From Azolla caroliniana (lineage: Eukaryota; Plantae; Polypodiophyta), in the NCBI GenBank assembly GCA_043228905.1, contig JBHGNT010000018.1:15562001-15626000 (forward strand): a stretch of DNA of 64,000 bases, given 5' to 3'. Below are positions 25,044 through 34,318 of this stretch, piece after piece (position 1 is the first letter of the stretch; every line of letters starts with the position of its first letter). A program made the position numbers and the translations under genes. The notes beneath the pieces are model-generated. The model ran no database searches. It saw only the letters and a list, made by a program, of their open reading frames with translations, and was not told the origin of the DNA.

Positions 25044-28000
25044 TTATCCCCCCTTTTCGATGACGAGTTGCACGAGTCGGAAGAAAAGAGTTCAGACTTG
25101 GTTTATGAGGATATTGGTTGTGAAATGCAACAACCATGTCGGAGGCATTGGCAAGATGTTCGGCAGGCTCCCATGTTCGATCATTAGGTGTATAGCCTAA
25201 CCAATCAACCAAGTAGTATAGTTTGTTGCGAATGATCTTGGAGTCGAGGATAGCGGCAACCTCATATTCAGAGCCATTGGAAACGTCAATTGGAGGTGGG
25301 GGACCCGGAATAGAGCTCGTTGTGTAAGGCTCCAAAAGTGAAACATGGAAGACCGGGTGAAGACGCATATGAGGAGGAAGATCAAGACGAAATGTCACAT
25401 CATTGATCTTACCACTTATGACATATGGGCCAAAACGTTGATAATCCAATTTGTAGCAAGGTCGGGTCGTTTTAATGCTACCTTGTAAGAGCCATACACG
25501 ATCGCCTACTTGAAATGTAGTCGATGAATCACGCCGATGACGGTCAGCAATCTTCTTTTGAGTGTTTTGGGCTTCACATAAATGATGCAAAAGCATATCC
25601 TGAACTTCTTGGAGTCGAGTGAGCCGATCTTCAGCAGCTGGGTTTTTTGGGAGTTCAGGATGTTCAAGCATCGTCCAACGAGGATGGTACCCAATGTTTG
25701 CAAAAAATGGGGAATATCCAGTAGAAGAATGCTCGGAGTTGTTATAAGCAAATTCTGCCAAAGGTAGTAAATCCACCCAATCATCTTGTTGATAGTTGAC
25801 AAAACAACGTAGATATTGCTCGACTATTTGGTTGGTGCGCTCACTCTGCCCATTAGTCTCTGGATGGTAGCCGGAAGAGAGTTTACAAGAAGTATGTAAG
25901 AGTCTGAACATGTGCCGCCAAAATTTCGAGATGAATTGGGGACCCCGATCACTGATAATATCATCCGGAAGACCATGATGGCGAAACACCTCCCGCATGA
26001 GTAAATCAGCTGTCTCGTGACTAGTAATGGTCTTTGTGCATGGAAGGAAATGTGCCATCTTCGTAAAACGATCGACAACCGTGAGAATCGAATCAAATCC
26101 CTTGGAAGGTGGAAGATCCGTAATAAAGTCCAAGGAAATAGATTTCCATGGGCTCTCCGGAATAGGCATTGGCTGTAATAAGCCATATGGATGATGTCGA
26201 GGCTTTTTTGATCGGCAACATGTATCACAGCTACGAACATAATCCGTAACAAAATGGCGAAGCCGTGGCCACCAATATCGGCGAGAAATCAACTCAAAAG
26301 TCTTGTGGATGCCGAAGTGTCCCGCCATTGGTGTGTCATGACATTGTTGCATGACTTTGAGTCGAGAAGGACCGTCAGGCACATACAAGAGAGTTTGTCG
26401 AAAAAGTAACCCATCATGCCAACTAAACTGGGTGTAGTCTAGACGAGGATTTTGAGTTTGGGAGCTAGATGCACGATTTGGGATAATATGGCTCAAAACC
26501 TCTTGGGCGAACGCATCAGTCGCAATCTGCTCACGAATGGAATCAAGAAGCCTTGAATCTCCCGGTGTGTTGATGGTATGCATTGCCATTATTCGTAGAC
26601 GATCAGGACCTAAGAGGATTTGCTTTTGGCTTTCAAATGCGGCCTCTCCAGGTTGAAGTTCCATATACGAACGTCTAGATAAAGCATCTGCTTTTCCTTG
26701 TTGCATCCCAGGGCGATATAGAATTACAAAATCGAAACGAGTTAAGAACTGCGCCCAACGAGCTTGTCGTCGATTCAAGACTCGAGCACTTTGAAAGTAT
26801 GTTAGATTTTTATGATCATTGTAGACAATAATCTGCTGAGAAGAACCCTCCAGAAAATGACGCCATTGTTGAAAAGAATCCACAATGGCAAGAAGCTCTT
26901 TGTCGTGAATCTCATAGTTGATTTCTGCGGCTTCAAATTTTCGTGAGTGAAAAGCCACCGGGTGCAGTTCACCATCATCACCAATTTGGGATAGTACACT
27001 TCCGAGTGCGAAATCCGATGCATCAGCTTCAAGTATAAAGCGCCTCATTGGATCGACATGGATTAAGATTGGTGCGGATGTAAATGCTTGCTTTAAACCC
27101 TCAAATGCAGAGTTCGCATCTATACTCCATACAAATGATCGATTCTTGTGCGTCAGTTGAGTGAGGGGCAACACAATTTTTGAATAGTCTTTGATGAACT
27201 TGCGATAAAAGTTTGCGAACCCCAAAAAACATTGCACATCTCGCACGGACTGTGGTGTTTGCCAATCCAAAATTGTTTGAACCTTTGATGGATCCATAGA
27301 GATGCCATTTGAAGAGACTATGTACCCCAAAAACTCCACTTGACGTTGGTCGAAACTACACTTCTCCAATTTTGCATAGAGACCATACTCTCGTAGCCGT
27401 TGCAAAACTTGGCGAACATGTATATCATGTTCTTCTTGAGTTTTTGAGTAGATCAAGATATCATCCAGGTAAACAATGATGAAGATATCGAGGAAGTCTC
27501 GAAAAATATCATTCGCCATATGTTGGAAGACTGCTGGTGCATTCGTGAGGCCAAAAGGCATCACTGTGTACTCAAAATGACCATAGCGAGTGCGGAACGC
27601 CGTCTTCCATTCATCCCCAGGACGAATTCGAACAAGGTTGTAGGCACCTCGAAGATCTAACTTCGTGAAATACTTTGCTTCACTGAGGCGTTCTAGAAGG
27701 CTTGAGATCAATGGGAGAGCATATCGGTTTCTAACGGTCACTTTATTCAAGCCTCGATAATCCACGACCATACGAAGCGTACCATCTTTCTTCTTAACGA
27801 AAAAGATGGGTGCACCAGCAGGAGATTTTGAATGTTGGATAAAACCATTTGCCAAGTTCTCATTGATATATTCTCGAAGAACCTCTAACTCCGTGGGCGA
27901 AAGATTATAAATTGGTCCCCATGGAGGCTCTTTTCCTGGCTGCAAATCAATTGGGCAATCATATGGTCGATGCTCTGGTAGTCTATTAGCCTTCACCTTA

Positions 28001-28668
28001 TCGAACACATCGGAGAATTCTATGTACTTCTTTGGTAGTTGGACCCCCAATTCTTGTGAGCTAGATGAGGGAGTTGCTAAAACCGCAAATACCATCATGT
28101 CTTCCTTTCTTCCATCCTCTCGTAATTGATGTATAGAGATTGTTGAAATTGTGGGGGATCCTAGATCCTTAGTTGGAGCTTCAAGAGACTTGGATTGTAC
28201 GGTGACCTCTTCAATAGTTCTTTTTCTCCAATCAATGGTTGGGTTATGTAACTCAAACCAAGGAAGACCAAGAACTAGAGAGTGCTCCGGACTACTAATG
28301 ATGTTAAATGAGATGACACTAGCCAAATTACCTAGGACTACACGAATTGGTTCAGACTCTTCGACTATATCTCCTGATGCTATAGGGCGACCATCGATGA
28401 CTCCTACAGCTACTGGGTTTGGGAGTTTTTTCAAGATGATGTTTTGAGTCAATGCAAACTCGCGATCCATGAAACAAGAATTGGCTCCAGAATCTAGGAG
28501 GGCAGAGGCTAGGGCGCGATGACCTGTAGATGTGCTAAGCTCGACTTGTGCAGAAAAAACTCTACTAACTTGATTTGATGAAATGGAACCACAACTAGGT
28601 ACTGACTCTACATAACTAGGATGGTCCAACCAAATGGCTCCTATTTTGGCCGGACTTATTCGTTTAAC
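25036..28668 (-). CDS. pol: Gypsy Pol (protease, RT, RNase H, integrase, chromodomain), probably expressed by -1 frameshift from gag
   Basis: LLDSGA, YLDD, EADASD, HDTPMAGH..CDTC, SLDF..SDRG..GQSER, GPY, and chromodomain YEVAAILDSK..YYLVDWLGY..TWEP. The frame is open back to the slippery site at 28662-28668. Confidence 0.95.
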   Translation of the reverse strand, partial: VKRISPAKIGAIWLDHPSYVESVPSCGSISSNQVSRVFSAQVELSTSTGHRALASALLDSGANSCFMDREFALTQNIILKKLPNPVAVGVIDGRPIASGDIVEESEPIRVVLGNLASVISFNIISSPEHSLVLGLPWFELHNPTIDWRKRTIEEVTVQSKSLEAPTKDLGSPTISTISIHQLREDGRKEDMMVFAVLATPSSSSQELGVQLPKKYIEFSDVFDKVKANRLPEHRPYDCPIDLQPGKEPPWGPIYNLSPTELEVLREYINENLANGFIQHSKSPAGAPIFFVKKKDGTLRMVVDYRGLNKVTVRNRYALPLISSLLERLSEAKYFTKLDLRGAYNLVRIRPGDEWKTAFRTRYGHFEYTVMPFGLTNAPAVFQHMANDIFRDFLDIFIIVYLDDILIYSKTQEEHDIHVRQVLQRLREYGLYAKLEKCSFDQRQVEFLGYIVSSNGISMDPSKVQTILDWQTPQSVRDVQCFLGFANFYRKFIKDYSKIVLPLTQLTHKNRSFVWSIDANSAFEGLKQAFTSAPILIHVDPMRRFILEADASDFALGSVLSQIGDDGELHPVAFHSRKFEAAEINYEIHDKELLAIVDSFQQWRHFLEGSSQQIIVYNDHKNLTYFQSARVLNRRQARWAQFLTRFDFVILYRPGMQQGKADALSRRSYMELQPGEAAFESQKQILLGPDRLRIMAMHTINTPGDSRLLDSIREQIATDAFAQEVLSHIIPNRASSSQTQNPRLDYTQFSWHDGLLFRQTLLYVPDGPSRLKVMQQCHDTPMAGHFGIHKTFELISRRYWWPRLRHFVTDYVRSCDTCCRSKKPRHHPYGLLQPMPIPESPWKSISLDFITDLPPSKGFDSILTVVDRFTKMAHFLPCTKTITSHETADLLMREVFRHHGLPDDIISDRGPQFISKFWRHMFRLLHTSCKLSSGYHPETNGQSERTNQIVEQYLRCFVNYQQDDWVDLLPLAEFAYNNSEHSSTGYSPFFANIGYHPRWTMLEHPELPKNPAAEDRLTRLQEVQDMLLHHLCEAQNTQKKIADRHRRDSSTTFQVGDRVWLLQGSIKTTRPCYKLDYQRFGPYVISGKINDVTFRLDLPPHMRLHPVFHVSLLEPYTTSSIPGPPPPIDVSNGSEYEVAAILDSKIIRNKLYYLVDWLGYTPNDRTWEPAEHLANASDMVVAFHNQYPHKPSLNSFLPTRATRHRKGGIMS
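25044..25058 (-). other. Polypurine tract of young gypsy
   Basis: Minus-strand GAAAAGGGGGGATAA abuts the 3' LTR. Confidence 0.9.
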
Positions 28669-29783
28669 ACATCCTCTAATTGGCTCAAGACATCAAATCT
28701 ATTCTCATGGCATGGGCTAGTAGGCTTAGTACTTAAGTTATTAGAAGTGATAGTAGAACTTGATGTAGGGTTGTCATGTGCACTTACTTGGTAAACTTGA
28801 CGCCTGGGTTTATGTGGACAATTCACAGCTATATGTCCTGGACCACCACAGTAGAGGCATAAGCGATGCGCCCGACGTCGTTGTTTCTCAGCATCTGATA
28901 AGGGCCCTCGACGTTGTGTCGACTCTATTTCCATCGGAGTGGGACCATCCCTCGTAACGGGTCTAGAACCTTGTGGCGGTGTGGCGACTATAGAAGCGTA
29001 TGTCTGTTCCGGTTGGCGGCGTAACATTTGTTGACGTTCAGAACGTCGCTCAAATAGGCGATTATCACATCGCACAGCTCGGCTAATAGCTTCAGTAAGA
29101 GACTTTGGATCTTCATGGAAAGTAAGAAGAAGATCTTTGACATCGTTACGCAAACCCTGACGGAATTGATCCATTAAGGCTGCCTCATCCCAAGGGATGT
29201 CGCATGCCAAGAGACGGAAATCTGCGGCATAAGCTGAAGCGGGACGATCTCCTTGTCGGAGTCTTCGAATCTTGTTTATTGCAGTCCTAGTGCTATCCGT
29301 ATCTCCAAAACTAGCTTGAAACTCCTTAACGAATGCCTCGAAATCCTCCAGTAATGGTGATTTCTTCTCAAGAAGTGGTGCAAACCATGCTAACGCTGTA
29401 CCGCTTAGCAAGGTTCCTATTAATCCCACACGGGCAGCATCAGTTGGATACCGATTGGGATGTAACTGAATCACCAAACGAACTTGATTCAGGAAACCTC
29501 GAAAGAGAGATCCGGTACCATCAAACTTGGCAGGGAGGCTAATCTTTGGTTCCCTTGGGGAGTTTTGAACCCCCGCCGCTTGTTCTCGTAATGTTAATAT
29601 AGTAGCCTCAAGTTGATGAACCCGTTGTGATAACTCCTCATATTGATGAGCTTTCTCAGTACTGACTTGTTGAAGATCCCCGAGTAGCCTTTGATTTTCT
29701 TGCTCTAATGCCACAAACTTAGTGGTGAGCATATCGAGCTCCGAAAGGACACGCATATACTCTTGCTTGCTGACCGACTCCAT
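28656..29783 (-). CDS. gag: Gypsy Gag, 375 aa (coiled coil, capsid, CCHC knuckle)
   Basis: PKISLPAKFDG, LRQGDRPASAYAADF, PTPMEI and CLYCGGPGHIAVNC. Confidence 0.95.
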   Translation of the reverse strand: MESVSKQEYMRVLSELDMLTTKFVALEQENQRLLGDLQQVSTEKAHQYEELSQRVHQLEATILTLREQAAGVQNSPREPKISLPAKFDGTGSLFRGFLNQVRLVIQLHPNRYPTDAARVGLIGTLLSGTALAWFAPLLEKKSPLLEDFEAFVKEFQASFGDTDSTRTAINKIRRLRQGDRPASAYAADFRLLACDIPWDEAALMDQFRQGLRNDVKDLLLTFHEDPKSLTEAISRAVRCDNRLFERRSERQQMLRRQPEQTYASIVATPPQGSRPVTRDGPTPMEIESTQRRGPLSDAEKQRRRAHRLCLYCGGPGHIAVNCPHKPRRQVYQVSAHDNPTSSSTITSNNLSTKPTSPCHENRFDVLSQLEDVLNE

Positions 29784-29855
29784 AACCGCGGGGGAAAAAG
29801 AAAGAAGGATAAAGAAGAAAGCTTGCTAGAGTTATTGGAGAAAGGGAAAAGAAAT

Positions 29856-29866
29856 ATTCGGTTCAA
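29856..29866 (-). other. Self-priming (Tf1-type) primer binding site
   Basis: Minus-strand TTGAACCGAAT, 2 nt after the LTR, complementary to ATTCGGTTCAA at 30107-30097 inside the LTR. Confidence 0.8.
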
Positions 29867-30132
29867 ACTGTCGTGACTCTTGAGTAGGAAGCAGAGAGAG
29901 AGAGCGATGGCGATAGAGATAACGATAACGATAGAGATGGCGAGAGCGGTAGAGATAGCGATAGTGATAGAAAGAGAGTGAAAGAGGGAGAGAGTGCGAG
30001 AGAGAGAAAAGTATAAGTGAGAGATAAGAAATGGGAATGTGATTATATTATGAGAAAGAAGATTACAAGGAGTAGGCTAAGGGCTAAAGACTGGTGTTGA
30101 ACCGAATGAGTTGTGATGAGTGTATGGACTCT

Positions 30133-30257
30133 TATTTATAGGCCCTTATGGAGTATTCTAGAATGTTCTAGAATATTTTAGATATTTATGAATAATAATA
30201 ATAATAAATATAATCATGAAATATTCAAGAACATTCTAGAATAATCTAGAATGTTCT
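30133..30257 (-). promoter_or_regulatory. LTR promoter: TATA box plus two heat-shock element arrays
   Basis: TATAAATA (minus strand, 30140-30133). Alternating nTTCn/nGAAn at 30155-30174 and 30223-30257, with copies at 24781-24800 and 24849-24883. Confidence 0.7.
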
Positions 30258-30304
30258 AAATATCTCGTAATAACTAAACATATAATTATTATGATTACAT
30301 CTCA

Positions 30305-30375
30305 CATATGTTATTACAATGGTTAAAGTACAATATGTAAACCAAGAGGTTATGGGTTCGATTCCTGGTTCGCCA
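30305..30375 (+). other. tRNA-like (Pol III A/B box) module in the 5' LTR
   Basis: Same as 24931-25001. B box at 30355-30365. Confidence 0.7.
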
Positions 30376-32547
30376 AGATGAATGTCATGATAAGCCAAGA
30401 TGTATGTCTTCATGACAACCTTCGGGGCACCTACAATTTGGTGCGCATCAAGCCTGGAGACGAGTGGAAAACGGCCTTTCGAATGCGTTATGGACATTTC
30501 GAGTACAAAGTGATGCCATTCGGCCTTACCAACGCTCCGGCCATCTTCTAGCACATGATGAACGATATTTTTCGAGAGTATCTCGATCATTTCGTGGTCA
30601 TCTACCTTGATAACATCCTAGTTTTTTCTTCAAACTAGGAGGAACACACACACCACGTATCTGGTTCTCACCAAACTCTGGGAATATGGGATCTTCACCA
30701 AAAGTGAGAAATGTGAATTCGATAGGACCTCTGTCAAATTCATGGGTTACATGATCTCCCCTACCGGGATCAAAATGGATGAACGCAAGGTAGCGGCAAT
30801 CACCGATTAGCCTCTCCCGACTCGGCTGAAAGAGGTACAATCATTTCTTGGTTTTGCAAATTTTTATAGACGGGTTCTCTTCCCTAGTCCAACCTCTCAT
30901 CCATCTTACCCGGAAAGATACTCCATTTCTTTGGACCCTTGTGGCACACTATGCTTTTAATGCCCTCAAAGCATCTTTTCTCTCCGCCCCCGTGTTAGTC
31001 CACCCCGACCCCGCCCGCCCTTTCCAAGTTGAAACCAACGCCTCCGACTTTTCCATAGGTGCGGTCTTGTCTCAGCCCGACGACGATGGCACCCTGCATC
31101 CGGTCGCCTTCTACTCTCGAAAGTTTACAACCCCAGAAATCAATTATCCAGTCTATGACAAGGAGCTTGCAGTTATCATCTCAGCCTTCGCCAAATGGCG
31201 ACCCTATCTGGTTGGGGGCCAACATCGTATTCAGGTACTGACCGACCACAAGAATCTCATCTACTTCACCATCACTTGTACGTTGAATCGGCGGCAGGCT
31301 CGCTGGTCATCTTTTCTCGCTAACAATGACTTCGAATTCTTGTTTCGACCCGGCGTTCAACATGGGAAAGCGGATGCTCTCTCTCAGCGACCCGATGACG
31401 CATATTCTCAACAATCACATTGTTTATTGCAGCCCGATCAACTACACATGTTCGCAACCTATATGTTGCATGATGATTCCTTGCTCAACGAGATCGCCCA
31501 AGCAACCATGTTGGACCCTTTCACTACTGACATCAGGGTGCACCTCAACAACCCATCCCAAGAAATACAAAGCTTGGATCTTAGTCACTTTACAACTCAG
31601 GATGGGCTACTCTATCGTAATCACCTCCTTTACGTACCAGCTGGCACATGTCACATCTGAGTACTACAAACTTGCCACGATGATCCTCTTGTCAGACACT
31701 TTGGGGTCGCGAAAACGTTGGCGTTGCTGTCTCAGGGATTTTGGTGGCCCCAACCTTGGAAATTGATCAAAGAATTTATCAAAACTTGTGACATTTGTGC
31801 TCGCTCCAAAGCGGCTCACCATCGCCCATATGGTCTTCCACACCCACTTCCAATTCCCAATCGACCTTGGGCATCTCTCTCCATGGACTTTATCACCGAC
31901 CTTCCTCGAGTCGGTGACCATGACACAGTGGTAGTGGTCGTCGATCGGTTTTCAAAGATGGCTCACTTTGTCCCATGTGCGAAAACCATTTCGAGGGAGG
32001 AGACGGCTGACCTTTTTCTAAAAAATGTCGTCTAATTACACGACTTCCCTGAGGATGTCACTTCTGATCGAGGTCCTCAATTTATCTCCCACTTCTGGCG
32101 CCAACTTCTATAGACATTCGGGACTTCTGTGAACTTGCAACCGTGCACCACCCTCAAACTTATGGCCAAACCGAAAGAGTCAACCAAATCCTCGAACAAT
32201 ACCTCTGGTGTACAGTCAACTACCAACAAGATGATTGGGTGGACTTCCTTGCCATGGCGGAATTTGCCTACAATAATAGTATCCATGCCTCAACTAAGGT
32301 TTCCCCATTCTTTGCAAACTACGGTTTCCACCCTCGTTTCAACATTTCCATTCCGGAGACATCCGTCAATCCGTCGACCGAGAGGCTTGCCCACACCTTA
32401 CAAGATGTCCATTGTGACCTCTCCCTCGAGCTTTGTGTCGTTGGAAAACAATATAAAGCTCACGTTGACCGACATTGCTTGGTCACGCCGACCTTCGCAG
32501 TCGATGACATGGTTTGGTTGCTACGTCGCCACATCACAACCACCCGT

Positions 32548-33539
32548 TGTCGGGGTAGTTGTGGTTCGTGCGGCGAAATCACAGGGACTAAGGTTTAAGG
32601 GGAGTTGAAGAAACTTTTATAAAGCTTGCGCACAAATGTTAGGAAGAATAAGAGTTCAAAGTATTGTGTGACAAAGAGACGAGCATAGATTAGAGACAAA
32701 GACCATATATGACTTAAGAAGCAAGAGTATATGATATTAACATGATTTATATTAAGAATATAAGATTTTACCACAAAGATTCAGGATAGAAGGAATAAAA
32801 GTTGAAAGTAATGTACGAGAGAGAGACGAACAATGATGAGAGATAGAGACAATGTATGATTGAAGAGGTAAGAAAATATGATAAGAATATGTATTATATT
32901 AAAAACCCAAGATTTTACCAAAGTTACAATGTCGACGACAAGATACGACTTTTCTTTTGTTGAATTGTAGATTTGAACCCTTGCCTCCAACTTCAAAACA
33001 CAAGACTCTTCCCAAATGAGCTAACTTGTTTGTTTGATCATATCATTTCTCTAACTTTCTCTTCTTGATTGATTCCCTTTTGTTTTCCTTTCCCCTCTTT
33101 TTATAAGTATTTCCATGCATATGGTAATGGCATGCATGTAATGCATGAGTTACATGTGATGCATGATCGCCATTTGGCGCACATGCATTGCATGTGATGC
33201 ATGATAGCCATCATGCTCATTTGAGCTCCCATGTATGAAAATATATATGGGATATGTATAATGATGGATATAACCTTAAAACAAATAACCTAGCTTAGTG
33301 GTGTATGCTTTGTGCTTGATGTACAAGGTTCAAGTCCCTCAATTTTACTTAATACAATATTTAAGTTTATTCTTATATAGTGAAGCACATTCTTGACAAT
33401 ATTTCTAAAAACAAATAGCCTACCCTAGTGGTATATACATTGTGCTTGGTTTATAAGGTTGTGGGTTCAAGTGTCTCAAATACTACTAAATACAATACTT
33501 AAGTTCATTTTTATATCGTGAAGCAAATTCTTCACGACA
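32548..33539 (-). mobile_element. Solo LTR (992 bp) inserted in the old gypsy integrase
   Basis: TGTCG...CGACA termini with 4-bp TSD CCGT (32544-32547 and 33540-33543). Removal restores ITTTR|PCTKLDYKKLG. Strand inferred from TATA and poly(A)-like signals. Confidence 0.85.
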
Positions 33540-33912
33540 CCGTCCCTGCACGAAGCTCGACTACAAAAAGCTAGGCTCCTTCCGTATCCTTGAGCGCATT
33601 AACCCAATCGCCTTCTAGTTAGCGCTTCCCCCCACATTTCGGCTTCACAATGTTTTCCACGTCTCTCTCCTCGAACCCTACCATCCTTCTCGCATTCCAG
33701 GATGACAACCTCCGCCCGTGGAATTATCAATAGGTGAGGAGTACGAGGTTGACCAGATCCTCGACTCCCGCTTGCGCCGCCGAAGACTTCAATACTTGGT
33801 TTTATGGAAAGGTTACCCTCTTTCGGACGCCACATGCAATTCGCGCTTTTCATCAACGATACCCTCATAAATCAGTCGCGGGTGTTAGGAGGCGGCCTTA
33901 GAGGGAGGATAA

Positions 33913-34318
33913 TGTCATAGACATATGCCACGGAGGAAGGTAGTCTAGGGATTGAACCCAAGACCTCATGGTCTCTATTGGACAACTCTACAAATTGAGC
34001 TACCTATGCATCCTTGTACCAAATCTAACTTCATGTAGTGTAGATTGAACATTGGAAGTTTCTAGCTTGCACACATTCTCTTGCATTCTCTATTGCATGC
34101 ATCATCATGCATTCTCCATTGCATGCATCCTCATGCATACTCTATTTCTAGCTGGCTTACATAGCCCTACCTTCTTGTATAAATACTCAAGTGTACCTTG
34201 ATTCTAATCAAGGTGAACAACACCAATTACGAATTCTATAATTTGAGTTCTTGTTCTTTTCCTCTCTCTTGTGTTCTAGTCTTGTCTTCTCTTTGCTCTA
34301 TTATACTTGTTTGTGACA
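33913..34318 (+). repeat. 3' LTR of old gypsy, with an antisense tRNA-like module at about 33940-34009
   Basis: TGTCA...TGACA after the PPT, TATAAATA at 34178. Minus-strand TAGCTCAATTTGTAGAG...GGTTCAATCCC. Confidence 0.85.

Larger units (their letters stand above)
24495..30417 (-). mobile_element. Intact young Ty3/gypsy chromovirus (Tcn1/Tf1-like)
   Basis: 549-bp LTRs at 24495-25043 and 29869-30417 with 2 substitutions seen, TSD ACCTT (24490-24494 and 30418-30422), intact gag and pol, PPT. Confidence 0.97.
29869..30417 (-). repeat. 5' LTR of young gypsy
   Basis: Near-identical to 24495-25043. Confidence 0.96.
22947..34318 (+). mobile_element. Decayed chromoviral Ty3/gypsy element, 5'-truncated, hosting the young gypsy and a solo LTR
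   Basis: gag 22947-23540, protease/RT 23794-24494, RT resuming at 30423 (KIDL|[19 protein letters not shown]), RNase H and integrase to about 33720, chromodomain remnant (EEYEVDQILDSRLRRRRLQYLVLWKGYP), PPT about 33900-33912, 3' LTR 33913-34318. Confidence 0.9.
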
